Shown here in pieces: positions 32,752 through 42,312 of a DNA stretch of 64,000 nt; position 1 is the first letter of the stretch, and every line of letters starts with the position of its first letter. Both the position numbers and the translations under genes were made by a program. The notes below the pieces were generated by a model. That model saw only the letters and a program-made list of their open reading frames with translations, was not told the DNA's origin and did not search any database. Location of the stretch: positions 128,001-192,000 of the IMG/VR virus record IMGVR_UViG_3300037067_004891, one strand, 5' to 3'. This DNA comes from a virus (Duplodnaviria; Caudoviricetes).

Positions 32752-33000
32752 TCATAATTCTAAAAATTCTTTAATTTTTTCTTTTCTTATCAATCTTTTT
32801 ATTTTTATTAGGTCAGAATCATTCTCAATCAAATATAAGTATTTGTCTATTATATACACATTTTCGAATGGTATATCAGATTTTTCAATAAAATTTTCTT
32901 TTAAACAAATCTCAAATTCATTATCAGCTATTCTAATAAAAATTTTACGGTTTAATAAATGTTTGCTATTTATTTTATATCTTTTGTGAAAGAAATCCAC
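32752..33000 (-). pseudogene. Hypothetical gene, 5' end replaced by an IS-end scar
   Basis: Annotated GTG start lies inside the IS hairpin; C-terminal RKEKIKEFL tag. Confidence 0.45.
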
Positions 33001-33067
33001 GAAATCTTTAGTTTAGCGGTAAGTTCATAATCTGGAAAAAAATTTAAGATTTTTTAATTCCATCCAA

Positions 33068-34060
33068 CTATGTATTATAAATACGTTTAATATTATTAAA
33101 TTCATCCTTTACTGTTTCAGAATTTATATTTTCACTAATAATAGTATCCAAATCGAATATATCATAAGTTTTTTCTTTTTCAATGCACACTTCATCTTCT
33201 TGTTTGATATAATGTATGTTTTTTATATTTAACAATGAAAGTTTCAATTGAAATTCCGAATTATCAGAAAGTTCAGAATTAATATTCAAATTGACAAAAT
33301 TATTATTAAGATAATCTTCATCCAGATTTTTTAATTCTTCTATCGAATTTATATGTTTTGTTTCAAATTTGAAATTTATAGTATTTGGTATAAACATATT
33401 TTTACCTGTTTTTACATCTAATACATTTAAACCATTGAATTTTGATTTGAAATTTAATGAATATGGGGATTCTATACACATTATATTGTCTTTAATGTTA
33501 TCATTAACACCAGTATAAATATATTTATATTCAATTAAATTTAAATTTGATATTTCATTATTAACAAATAAAAATTCACTATCAGAATATTGTTCAATTT
33601 TTTCAACAGGTTCTAATATTTTATTGAAATGATTTAAAAAAATATTTTTATTTTCTATTTCTTTTTTTATGTTTTTGTGATAAGCGTATAACTGAACTTT
33701 ATTATCATATAATGTTGCTGATTTGTCAATAATATAAATATTTTTGATATTCTTTAATATAGACAATGTGTTCGAGTTACCATAAATATCATATTTACTC
33801 AGTAAGACGAAAATAGGTATTTGTTCTGATAATTGTTCAAATATAGAAACTGTTTGATGGATTGTTTTAATATTTATATTTTCACTTCTATTAAAGAAGT
33901 TACCCAAATGAATTAGGCAATCGTTTTCTTTTTTATATTTTTTAATAAAAGGTATTAAATATTCAAAATAGAATTTTCCTGATTCTTCCAGAGATTTGTT
34001 CAAATCAAAAAATTCTTTATATCCGAACGTACTATTACCTATTATGAAAATTTTAGACAT
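33068..34060 (-). CDS. Degenerate Mre11/SbcD (gp47-like) metallophosphoesterase paralog; start revised to 34060
   Basis: IFIIGNSTFG, LIHLGNFFNR and LLSKYD align with DxHxG, GDxxD and GNHD but lack the metal ligands. Confidence 0.6.
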   Translation of the reverse strand: MSKIFIIGNSTFGYKEFFDLNKSLEESGKFYFEYLIPFIKKYKKENDCLIHLGNFFNRSENINIKTIHQTVSIFEQLSEQIPIFVLLSKYDIYGNSNTLSILKNIKNIYIIDKSATLYDNKVQLYAYHKNIKKEIENKNIFLNHFNKILEPVEKIEQYSDSEFLFVNNEISNLNLIEYKYIYTGVNDNIKDNIMCIESPYSLNFKSKFNGLNVLDVKTGKNMFIPNTINFKFETKHINSIEELKNLDEDYLNNNFVNLNINSELSDNSEFQLKLSLLNIKNIHYIKQEDEVCIEKEKTYDIFDLDTIISENINSETVKDEFNNIKRIYNT

Positions 34061-34061
34061 A

Positions 34062-34349
34062 TTAATTTTGTAATTCAGTTTCTCTAATTCCCCACCACTG
34101 ATCGAAATCATATGGAAAATTTTGTTTATATTCTTCATCGTCATCACATTTCATGAGTTCATCATATTCTTTTTTCTTCTCATATCTATGAAATTCCATT
34201 GCGGTTTCAGCACCTTGCCTTGTTCTATGAATACTCATAGTATGAGCTGTACTTTCGCAACAAGAACTATTATATAAAAATTCATAAACTATTTTCATTG
34301 TTAAAATATTATTATATATAAACAACACAATATTTCTTTCTAATAGCAT
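34062..34349 (-). CDS. Hypothetical protein
   Basis: CCESTAHTMSIHRT.QGAE.AM...W.IRE; true start is probably the internal Met of MKIVYE. Confidence 0.55.
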   Translation of the reverse strand: MLLERNIVLFIYNNILTMKIVYEFLYNSSCCESTAHTMSIHRTRQGAETAMEFHRYEKKKEYDELMKCDDDEEYKQNFPYDFDQWWGIRETELQN

Positions 34350-34626
34350 CTTTCAAAGCCCTTGATGCTTTACTATAATAAAGACTTTGGAAACTGTAAA
34401 TATAACCAGCATCACAACAAGCCACATATCTATTAGCTTCTTCTTCAGAAATATCGGATACTTTACACATTTGGATTAGGTTCATTGGTTTCTCATATTT
34501 ACACAACCAACTATCAGCATAATCCAACGTATTAAATCCTTTTATTTTATATGGTCTATTAAAAAAAACCTTTTCTTCAATATGAAGAAACCTACAAACT
34601 ATTCTATTAATAACTCTACGTATCAT
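34312..34626 (-). CDS. Hypothetical protein; its start codon lies in the degenerate terminal repeat of array 2
   Basis: Minus strand GGTGAGGTGAATATAACAAAAT-ATG. Confidence 0.55.
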   Translation of the reverse strand: MIRRVINRIVCRFLHIEEKVFFNRPYKIKGFNTLDYADSWLCKYEKPMNLIQMCKVSDISEEEANRYVACCDAGYIYSFQSLYYSKASRALKDAIRKKYCVVYI

Positions 34627-34845
34627 ATTTTGTTATATTCACCTCACCGATCTTATTGAATTTATCTTCCTATATACAGTTGTGTCAACCCTCATTTTTG
34701 TGTGTTCACTCACTCAATTGTTAATGCCCCACCACTTGCAGCATGTTGTGTCAACCCTCATTTTTGTGTGTTCACTCACCTATTTACAACTCTTAAATCA
34801 TATTTTTCTGTTGTGTCAACCCTCATTTTTGTGTGTTCACTCACC
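34623..34845 (-). CRISPR. CRISPR-like mini-array 2: 3 full 36-nt repeats, 1 degenerate repeat, 3 spacers (29, 30, 30 nt)
   Basis: GTTGTGTCAACCCTCATTTTTGTGTGTTCACTCACC at 34810-34845, 34745-34780 and 34679-34714 (last base T); degenerate copy ends at 34648. Confidence 0.88.
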
Positions 34846-35111
34846 ATACCCTTAATTAATTCATTAATAGTTAGATCATTAAGATGATATTTCGTTTCTA
34901 AAACTTGATAAATTTTATAATAATTATAAAATAAAACATATGTTTTCTTATCGTAACTAAAATAAACAACGTCATTTTTCTTTCCAACTAAAATATCAGA
35001 ATTATACTTAGAAGCAAACCACTCAGTATCTTTAATTATTTGCCATAAAAAATACTTAGGACTTCTCGCTTCTTGTATCTTTCGAATTACATCTAATATA
35101 TCTTCTTCCAT
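34776..35111 (-). CDS. Array-fused small protein, copy B (start revised to MEEDILDV)
   Basis: Paralog of 52598..52984; C-terminus MVSEHTKMRVDTT is encoded by the first repeat; TAACTTTG box at 35172-35179. Confidence 0.75.
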   Translation of the reverse strand: MEEDILDVIRKIQEARSPKYFLWQIIKDTEWFASKYNSDILVGKKNDVVYFSYDKKTYVLFYNYYKIYQVLETKYHLNDLTINELIKGMVSEHTKMRVDTTEKYDLRVVNR

Positions 35112-35323
35112 TTTTTCTTCTTCTACTCTTACTTCTCTAAGACTGTTCAAAAAATCTTACACAAAGTTTAACAAAGTTAAACAATTTGTTTAGATTTAAT
35201 TTCTTGCTTTATACGCTCGTTCTCAACTATGACCTTGATATAAAACAATTGGTTACCCATGTGTTTTATTGAACACTACATCCCAGTCACCATCTTCAGA
35301 TGTGAAATTTTCATAAACTTTAC

Positions 35324-36421
35324 TCAATTCCATTCTATTATATTTTTTGATTCATCAGATTTACTAATCAAAACGTGTTTAATATTTAAAATGTTACTTA
35401 TTTTCCGAATGAAGTCATCTTCATTTGAAGATACTATTATTTCATTTTTATATGTAAATCTATATTCATCTACAATGTGGTCAAGACATGTAATAACGAG
35501 TGTTTTGTTCAAACAAAACCGAATATAAGGGTCTTTATTTATACTATATAATAATAAATCCAAATTAAGTAATGCCCGTCTAAATTCTCCTTGGTGTGGA
35601 TGCGTTACATTGGTTTCATTTGGGTTTATTAAAATATTATGTGGTATATCCTCACCGACCATAGCACCATTACCATGTCTTGTTTGATAAGCTCTTGTAA
35701 TTAAATATAATTCTGGATTAATTCCAGTATCCAATATATTTTTAGTACTTACACAACTTCTGGTGACATGTGGAAAAAACCCTATATTTGGGTCTAATAA
35801 TAACCCCTGAGAACCTTCAAAAATATAATTTCCATAATAAGGAAAATCATATGCAGGTTTTATATTTTTAGAAGATATGATTCTTTCTACACTTTGAAAA
35901 AATCTATCTAAACTATTGTTAATTTTTAAATTGTAGAACTTTTTTATTTCATCTAATTTTATTCTCAGTACTGGTTCATAATATAAATCTCCGAATTGTA
36001 AAGAATAAAACTTTTCTTCTCTGTTTATTGTTGCACCAACACCCACGCCAACACTACCATGTTGGTTAATTTTCTCTAATTCTTGATTATAATAAATATC
36101 AAATGGTGTTGTAATAGGGCATCTTTCATCAATATATAATAATGGTTGAACTCCTTTTTCAATTAAAATATCTAATTCTTTTATTAGTCCAACTGGGTCA
36201 ACAGTACAACATTTCGCCCAATACGATGGAACACCACGTAATGTACCAGAACCAAAATTTGAAAAGACGTGTCTTATACCATTTAAAAATACAGTATGAC
36301 CACATTGCTGACCACCTGAAAATCTAATAACTAAAGTATTATTAGAATGGGAACAAAGGTAATCGGTTGTTATGCCCTTACCCTCATCCCCATACCCTAT
36401 GCCAATTACAGCTCTATTCAT
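35324..36421 (-). CDS. Adenylosuccinate synthetase-like protein (divergent PurA family)
   Basis: GYGDEGKG, RFSGGQQCGHTV, FEGSQGLLLD, PHVTRS, YQTRHGNG, ITCLD. Confidence 0.85.
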   Translation of the reverse strand: MNRAVIGIGYGDEGKGITTDYLCSHSNNTLVIRFSGGQQCGHTVFLNGIRHVFSNFGSGTLRGVPSYWAKCCTVDPVGLIKELDILIEKGVQPLLYIDERCPITTPFDIYYNQELEKINQHGSVGVGVGATINREEKFYSLQFGDLYYEPVLRIKLDEIKKFYNLKINNSLDRFFQSVERIISSKNIKPAYDFPYYGNYIFEGSQGLLLDPNIGFFPHVTRSCVSTKNILDTGINPELYLITRAYQTRHGNGAMVGEDIPHNILINPNETNVTHPHQGEFRRALLNLDLLLYSINKDPYIRFCLNKTLVITCLDHIVDEYRFTYKNEIIVSSNEDDFIRKISNILNIKHVLISKSDESKNIIEWN

Positions 36422-36433
36422 TAAATAATTGTT

Positions 36434-37333
36434 TTATAACATATCACTTGGACTAAACTCGGTTGTGTCAGAAACTGTGATTGAATTAGATGAACTGGGT
36501 GTATAATCCTGTTCTTTAACTTTAGGGTTTTCACTTTTTTGAACTTTAAGAATAGTTTCAGAAATAATATTTGCTACATCATTCTTATTTTCAACAATAA
36601 TGAGTTTATCACCCATAAGTTGTTTCCAACCATTAATAGTCTCTTGGCGACCACCAGCATTTGTTTGTTTTATATGTAAGTGATAAACATGATATTTTTC
36701 ACAAGCTTTTTCTAAAAGAGAATCAGATGTGTAATCACTATGTTGTCCTTCACCTATCAGTTCTTTAACAGCATTTTTGGGTAAATTCTTTAAAGTTGGT
36801 TCGTCACCGATAGTGAATATAAATCCTTTGTTGTTTCTCTTTTCAAAACAATCAATTGAAGTATGATATGCAGCAAAATACCATGCAAGTAAATAACTTT
36901 CACCTTCGTTACCACCACCACCACCTTCAAGATATACATCAGTTAACCATTTATCAAGTAATTCATCACTTGACTCGAATTGAGCCACCTGTAAGGGTGA
37001 ATTATCTTCTTCGTGGTCTCCAATGGCAAGAAAAAGCACTTGTGGGTCAGCTATACCGCCAGTGATAATTTTTTCCATTATATTGGGTAATCCTTCTTTC
37101 ACAAGAAAATGTGGAATAGACCCCATAGAACCAGTAACATCTAAACCCAGTATAATTGATACCGAATTTGGGTGTTCATTAGAATCTCTCGACTCTCTAA
37201 TAGCGACTCCAAATGGATTCATTGCATTATTAATGGAACGCTGTTTGAAAATCTCATGAGTTGATTTAGTCTTATATCCTAAATCAGCAGCCCTTACTGA
37301 ACGAGAATGTAAGGAATACTCACCACAACCCAT
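36434..37333 (-). CDS. vWA-domain protein
   Basis: MIDAS DVTGSM, GGGGNEGESY, FTIGDE. Confidence 0.82.
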   Translation of the reverse strand: MGCGEYSLHSRSVRAADLGYKTKSTHEIFKQRSINNAMNPFGVAIRESRDSNEHPNSVSIILGLDVTGSMGSIPHFLVKEGLPNIMEKIITGGIADPQVLFLAIGDHEEDNSPLQVAQFESSDELLDKWLTDVYLEGGGGGNEGESYLLAWYFAAYHTSIDCFEKRNNKGFIFTIGDEPTLKNLPKNAVKELIGEGQHSDYTSDSLLEKACEKYHVYHLHIKQTNAGGRQETINGWKQLMGDKLIIVENKNDVANIISETILKVQKSENPKVKEQDYTPSSSNSITVSDTTEFSPSDML

Positions 37334-37686
37334 TATTCAGACCCTCCAAATAAAAATTCATACCTTTTCTTGGCAATTTCTAACATGATTTCAGTATTGC
37401 GAATTTTCAAACCTAATTCAAGGTCTTTATCAACAAATTCAATACTCTTGAAATCACTTGCTACAATAAGTGATTGTGCATTTGTTGGAGAAAGGTCAAG
37501 CATGTTTTCGAGTTCCCTTTTCATCCTTTTTAAAGATGTTTCCAAATCCTCAATCTTACGCTTGTAAATCATTTGTGTATCTTCAACAATAGCAAGCGCA
37601 CGGTCATCCCGTATCTGTTTGTTATTGCGTTTTAACGAGCTGTAAAATGCACCAATCGTTTCCATTTGATCTTTTGAATTTTCCAT
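37333..37686 (-). CDS. Coiled-coil hypothetical protein coupled to the vWA/PurA-like genes
   Basis: TAATG stop/start overlap with the vWA gene. Confidence 0.65.
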   Translation of the reverse strand: MENSKDQMETIGAFYSSLKRNNKQIRDDRALAIVEDTQMIYKRKIEDLETSLKRMKRELENMLDLSPTNAQSLIVASDFKSIEFVDKDLELGLKIRNTEIMLEIAKKRYEFLFGGSE

Positions 37687-37721
37687 AAAAATTGTTTTAA
37701 TTTTTGATTAATAATAATTAT

Positions 37722-38012
37722 AAATGAACAACCACTAAACTAAAGATTTAGTGGTTTCCTGCTAACCTCAGTCATAATATCTCGCAAGGCGTGTATTTCA
37801 GTAGTTCTTACCGTATTTGTTTTCAACCACCTCACACAACCATGTTTGCTAATCAAGATTTCTTGTTCGTGATTCAGTAGATTCTATATTTATAAGTTCT
37901 AAACATTTTATATTATAGTTATATTTTTGTAAAAAAGTTTACTTTATTTATAATTTTATTTTATCTGGTCAAAATTCATCCCACGAAGCTAAAGACTTCA
38001 GGGATTTCTTTT
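37722..38012. mobile_element. Non-autonomous IS200/IS605 derivative (two end hairpins, no ORF)
   Basis: ACCACTAAACTAAAGATTTAGTGGT near 37731 and AATTCATCCCACGAAGCTAAAGACTTCAGGGATTTC near 37973; the latter resembles the 16432 IS end. Confidence 0.6.
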
Positions 38013-38131
38013 TAAATCAATAAAAATGTTTTTATTTTTTAGAGAATTATTTATGTTCATTATAAAAAAGATTTTGGTATATATCCTTAATTTGGTATAT
38101 TCACTTACCATACATTTACCAGAATAACACA

Positions 38132-38389
38132 TCAATTATTATTGATAAAAGAAATTATTTCATCCCAAGTTTCAATATCAACATTTTCAAGTTCGAAATC
38201 ATGATAATATGAAGAATTTGTATCATCATCCTCAGATAACCTACCACTGATACAAAAAATATCACCATAGAATCTGAGATTTAAAACCAATATTCCTTCA
38301 TCAATATTTATTGTTTGATTCGAATCTCTTTTAGATTGAACAGAACCATCAAAAGCATTAACAACATTAAGGACATCATTCTTTTCCAT
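38132..38389 (-). CDS. Hypothetical protein
   Basis: 85-aa acidic ORF. Confidence 0.5.
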   Translation of the reverse strand: MEKNDVLNVVNAFDGSVQSKRDSNQTINIDEGILVLNLRFYGDIFCISGRLSEDDDTNSSYYHDFELENVDIETWDEIISFINNN

Positions 38390-38474
38390 TTGAATAGTTA
38401 TTTACCATCATCATCCATAATACTGATAAAGTCGTTTTTAATTGAATAATCTAAAGTTAACATGTGTCATATTA

Positions 38475-40445
38475 TTAGTAAGTTTCTAAAAATTCATTTT
38501 TAAACATGATTGGGATGCCAAGTTGTGTAGCCTTTTCAAATTTACTTGAACCACTATTTTTATCCTTTACCAATAGGTGTGTAGTGTTTTTGGAAACTCC
38601 AGAAGCATTTTTGCCCCCATTTTCTTCAATCATCTTAGATAATTCAGCATCTCTGAACCCAGTCATACAAACATTGAAACCATCATATTTATTACTTTTT
38701 AATTCTACTTTTGGTGATTTAGCGTATGCAACTTTTATTGGTAAGTTCTGATGATAAAGATTATATTCTTTCAGACCAACGTAAAAAGCTTTGGCTTTTA
38801 TTTCACCAATACCTTCTATTTCACAAAGCTGCTCAATTACATTCGAATCATCAAAATCACCTTTGAAATTATCGAATACCCTTTGTGAATCCTTCTCACC
38901 AAGTTTACCTTCAAATAAATCGAGTGCGTGTATAATTTTAGCTAATGGTAAACCATCCCGATGAAGTTTATCAAACTGTGTTAATAATTTTGTTATGGAT
39001 TTATCAGCCCAACCTTCAAATTTATAAAGTTCATCATAGGTGATATTCAATAATTTTTTCGGGGTGTCATATCCAGCATTAAATATTTTTTCTATTTCTT
39101 TTTCACCAAAATTTTCAATTTTTATATTGGTGAAAAAAGATATTTGTTTATTAAGTAGCCGTTCGGGACACTTTATGTTATTACACATTAATTCGGTGTG
39201 AGTTTCATCCCAATAAGTTTCAGAACCACAACAAGGACATTTTTTTAATTGTTCCCTTAATTTATCGATTTCACTCTGATTATGGGTAAACGTTTTAAGG
39301 TGTTTTGGAATCACATCTCCAGAACGAGTTATTTCAACAATTGAACCAGCAGCAATATGATTTTCAAAAACATAATTCATATTGTAACAAGTAAAATTTG
39401 AAACCTCGACATTGGTTATTATAGTAGGTTCAATCTGAGCAACTGGTTTAATTTTACCCTGTTTAGAAACCCCCAATCTTAAAGACAAGCAATTAACTTT
39501 AACTTTTGTAGACCATTCTGGTAATTTTAATGCACGGGCGTAGACAGGATTATTATTTCTTTCTCGACCAAGTTCTTCACGAAGGTTGTTATCATCAATT
39601 TCAATCACCAAACCATCAATTTCGAATGTCTCACTTATTTTATTGTATATATTATTGAAATTTTCAAGTGTGAAATCATCCATATTCATCAATTCATAAT
39701 AAACTGGAATTTCATTTATCTGATTTACTAAATCCAATTGGTCAGATTTGTTCAGACATGTACCATCAGTATTTTCCACACCATAACGAACATATGTTCC
39801 ATGTTTAAGAAGTTCTTTATTTACTGATTTTTTAGTGTTTATTTGTCCAGCAATTGTGTTTCTTGCTGCTTTAAATGGTTTACCGTCTCTCGGATTTAAC
39901 TTTCCTTCGAAATTTTCCTTCCAATCTTTTTTGGTGATAATACATTCACCGTAGGTGACATCATTTTCTGTTATAAAATCTGATATGTTTTTACCAGTTT
40001 TTAATATTAAATAATGTTCATCTTTAATTTCACCAGTGATTCCTTTACCCCTTGTCCAACATTTTTTAATAATTTCTTTTGTGCAGAGAGATAAACCATC
40101 ATATTTACCAGTTGCGATGAAAATAGTATCCTCTGGTATCCCCTTACTTTTACACCACGATTTAATTTCTTCTATACTATGAAATTTATCCAAAGAATAC
40201 ATTTTAATTGGAAGTAATTCAGCATCTTCTAACGATTGCTCTATAACGCCATCGGCTGTTATATCTTCATCATCTGGATATTTTTCGACAAAATCATAAT
40301 ACACCTCATCATATTCAGCATCAGTTACTGTCGTATTACCACTACGATATTCTTTGTCTCTGGTTATAATCCACTCTTTTTGTTCTTCTCGTGTCATATA
40401 ATTATTTATTTTAATATTTTGTGTAATATTGAATCGCCATCCCAA
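38475..40445 (-). CDS. ligA: NAD-dependent DNA ligase (probable start at MTREEQK)
   Basis: DAEYD, MYSLDK, KYDGLS, TRG.G..GE, IDGLVI, RSGDVIP, Zn finger, HhH, BRCT (VSKNTTHL). Confidence 0.95.
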   Translation of the reverse strand: MGWRFNITQNIKINNYMTREEQKEWIITRDKEYRSGNTTVTDAEYDEVYYDFVEKYPDDEDITADGVIEQSLEDAELLPIKMYSLDKFHSIEEIKSWCKSKGIPEDTIFIATGKYDGLSLCTKEIIKKCWTRGKGITGEIKDEHYLILKTGKNISDFITENDVTYGECIITKKDWKENFEGKLNPRDGKPFKAARNTIAGQINTKKSVNKELLKHGTYVRYGVENTDGTCLNKSDQLDLVNQINEIPVYYELMNMDDFTLENFNNIYNKISETFEIDGLVIEIDDNNLREELGRERNNNPVYARALKLPEWSTKVKVNCLSLRLGVSKQGKIKPVAQIEPTIITNVEVSNFTCYNMNYVFENHIAAGSIVEITRSGDVIPKHLKTFTHNQSEIDKLREQLKKCPCCGSETYWDETHTELMCNNIKCPERLLNKQISFFTNIKIENFGEKEIEKIFNAGYDTPKKLLNITYDELYKFEGWADKSITKLLTQFDKLHRDGLPLAKIIHALDLFEGKLGEKDSQRVFDNFKGDFDDSNVIEQLCEIEGIGEIKAKAFYVGLKEYNLYHQNLPIKVAYAKSPKVELKSNKYDGFNVCMTGFRDAELSKMIEENGGKNASGVSKNTTHLLVKDKNSGSSKFEKATQLGIPIMFKNEFLETY

Positions 40446-40783
40446 GTAAATTGTGCAGTTGTTATATCATAATTAAATATGTAAATATAGGTATTTACAT
40501 TATTTGGTATAATATATTCACCAGCTATTGAAAATGTGTAATTTTCGGTAATTATAAATGTTGCTGTTAATGTATCTTTAAAAAATTTTTCAAAAATAAC
40601 AGTACTTTTAATAAATCCAGCATTTATTGTATCACAAACAATTTTGTGTGTAGTATCTTGTAATATAATATTTGATGTTTTTTGCTGTTTAGATAATATA
40701 GAGAAACTACAACTCATCAATGATAATGATATTACCAATGATAAGAAATAAAAACATTTGTAATTTTTTTTCATTAAATTCAT
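40406..40783 (-). CDS. Putative lipoprotein
   Basis: Hydrophobic signal ending LMSC. Confidence 0.45.
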   Translation of the reverse strand: MNLMKKNYKCFYFLSLVISLSLMSCSFSILSKQQKTSNIILQDTTHKIVCDTINAGFIKSTVIFEKFFKDTLTATFIITENYTFSIAGEYIIPNNVNTYIYIFNYDITTAQFTWDGDSILHKILK

Positions 40784-40941
40784 TTTTTATAGCACCACAA
40801 AAATAATAAAAAAATAAATATAATAATTAAATATTAACTTATTTTTTAACAATTTTAAAATTTTATTTCAAAAATAAAACATTTTAATACATTTGCAATA
40901 TATCAACCGATGATATTAATCATGATAAAAATCATACTTTT

Positions 40942-41157
40942 ATGTACGATAACATTGATAAAATTTATGGTGTTCCGATTAAAGAAATAGCTTGTCCAAG
41001 TTGTGGCAAAAAATACGGACACCACAAAACAAAGGTAGACACGTTATCAGAAGAATGTAGTTCTTGTGTAAAGGATGCTGGTTACAAAGAAACTAATTTT
41101 GTATCAGCAAAAGAATTTATTGAAAATATACTCGGATATAAACCATATATGTATTAG
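40942..41157 (+). CDS. Small zinc-finger protein
   Basis: CPSC...CSSC; TACATTTG box at 40888-40895. Confidence 0.6.
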   Translation: MYDNIDKIYGVPIKEIACPSCGKKYGHHKTKVDTLSEECSSCVKDAGYKETNFVSAKEFIENILGYKPYMY

Positions 41158-41852
41158 ACTACAAGATTCATAATATGAATCGAATCTATTAAATCATCAA
41201 ACGGTTTAGGTATTTTCTTCGAACCAAGTAATATACTCTTATTTAAATTTACATAATATAATATAGGACTTTGAATGTTTGCATCAAGCATAGCAATTAA
41301 CATATCTGATTTTTCAAAATCCCCACCTTTAGCACCATTTGGACTCATTGATATCATAGGGTCTTTTAGTGTTTGACCCTTCTTACCTATTGGTGCTGGT
41401 AAATAACCATAAGTATTAATACAAGTTTGTAATTTGACGGTGTTGGGAGATATTATTTCGATATGTACCTTGGGTATTCTAACTAAAATTTTTTGTCTTA
41501 TTAAAGTTGAAAAACCAACTATATCTATCAAAGAATTTGTGTTTTTATTATTAAAAGAATACCCCTCAATATTTACAATGGTGTCTTGGTAAGGGTCAAT
41601 GTTGTTCAATATATCATCTAAAATTAAATCCGAAGATTCTTCGAAATCTTTTAATTTATTTATTTCTCTTTCGGAATACTTTTCAACATCTTCTCTACAT
41701 ATTAAAAATCTAAAATTTACAATTTTTTCAATTTCTTTAACCCATTTGTTATTTGGTTTTGTTGTAGTATAGTTAAATAGTTCTATTTTCTCATCCGATT
41801 TCAAAGACATAGCAGTGGATGATAAAGATATATCCAAACCAATTTTATTCAT
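41154..41852 (-). CDS. RuvC-like Holliday junction resolvase
   Basis: IGLDISLSSTA, IEGYSF, PNTVK, DDLIDS. Confidence 0.75.
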   Translation of the reverse strand: MNKIGLDISLSSTAMSLKSDEKIELFNYTTTKPNNKWVKEIEKIVNFRFLICREDVEKYSEREINKLKDFEESSDLILDDILNNIDPYQDTIVNIEGYSFNNKNTNSLIDIVGFSTLIRQKILVRIPKVHIEIISPNTVKLQTCINTYGYLPAPIGKKGQTLKDPMISMSPNGAKGGDFEKSDMLIAMLDANIQSPILYYVNLNKSILLGSKKIPKPFDDLIDSIHIMNLVV

Positions 41853-41861
41853 TTATTAATA

Positions 41862-42143
41862 TTATTTTTTTATTATGATACAGTATGGTGAATCACTTTT
41901 TTGAATGATGTCATAATATTCATTCCTTACTATATCAGGATTAATATATCTTTTCGTTGTTTTAATTTCATCTTTTGAAACAAGAATTTTTTTTAATATT
42001 TTGTAATTTATTTCTTGTGGAATTCCCTTATAAATTACTTTATCAAGTTGACAATCAAAAATCAAATTTAGAATATATTCTCTTAACTCCTTTTTCGTTT
42101 TTATAGGTTTGTAAACAAGATTGTTTTGAAGTTCTATATCCAT
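41862..42143 (-). CDS. Hypothetical protein
   Basis: 93-aa ORF. Confidence 0.5.
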   Translation of the reverse strand: MDIELQNNLVYKPIKTKKELREYILNLIFDCQLDKVIYKGIPQEINYKILKKILVSKDEIKTTKRYINPDIVRNEYYDIIQKSDSPYCIIIKK

Positions 42144-42312
42144 AACAAAAATTTCGTTTTATTTGTTTACGAAAATTCGTAAACAAAATTACAAAAAAAT
42201 TAACATATTTCCAAAATCACAATACTTTTTTTAAAATAATATATAATGATATATGTAGGATTTTTTTTATTTAATAAAAATGAGTTATTTTGAAGTATAA
42301 AAAATTATAAAT

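Noticed and set aside
35324-36421. PurZ (2-aminoadenine genome)
   Set aside because: Keeps GDEGKG; PurZ replaces the Asp with Ser (GSTGKG-like). No dATPase partner is visible.
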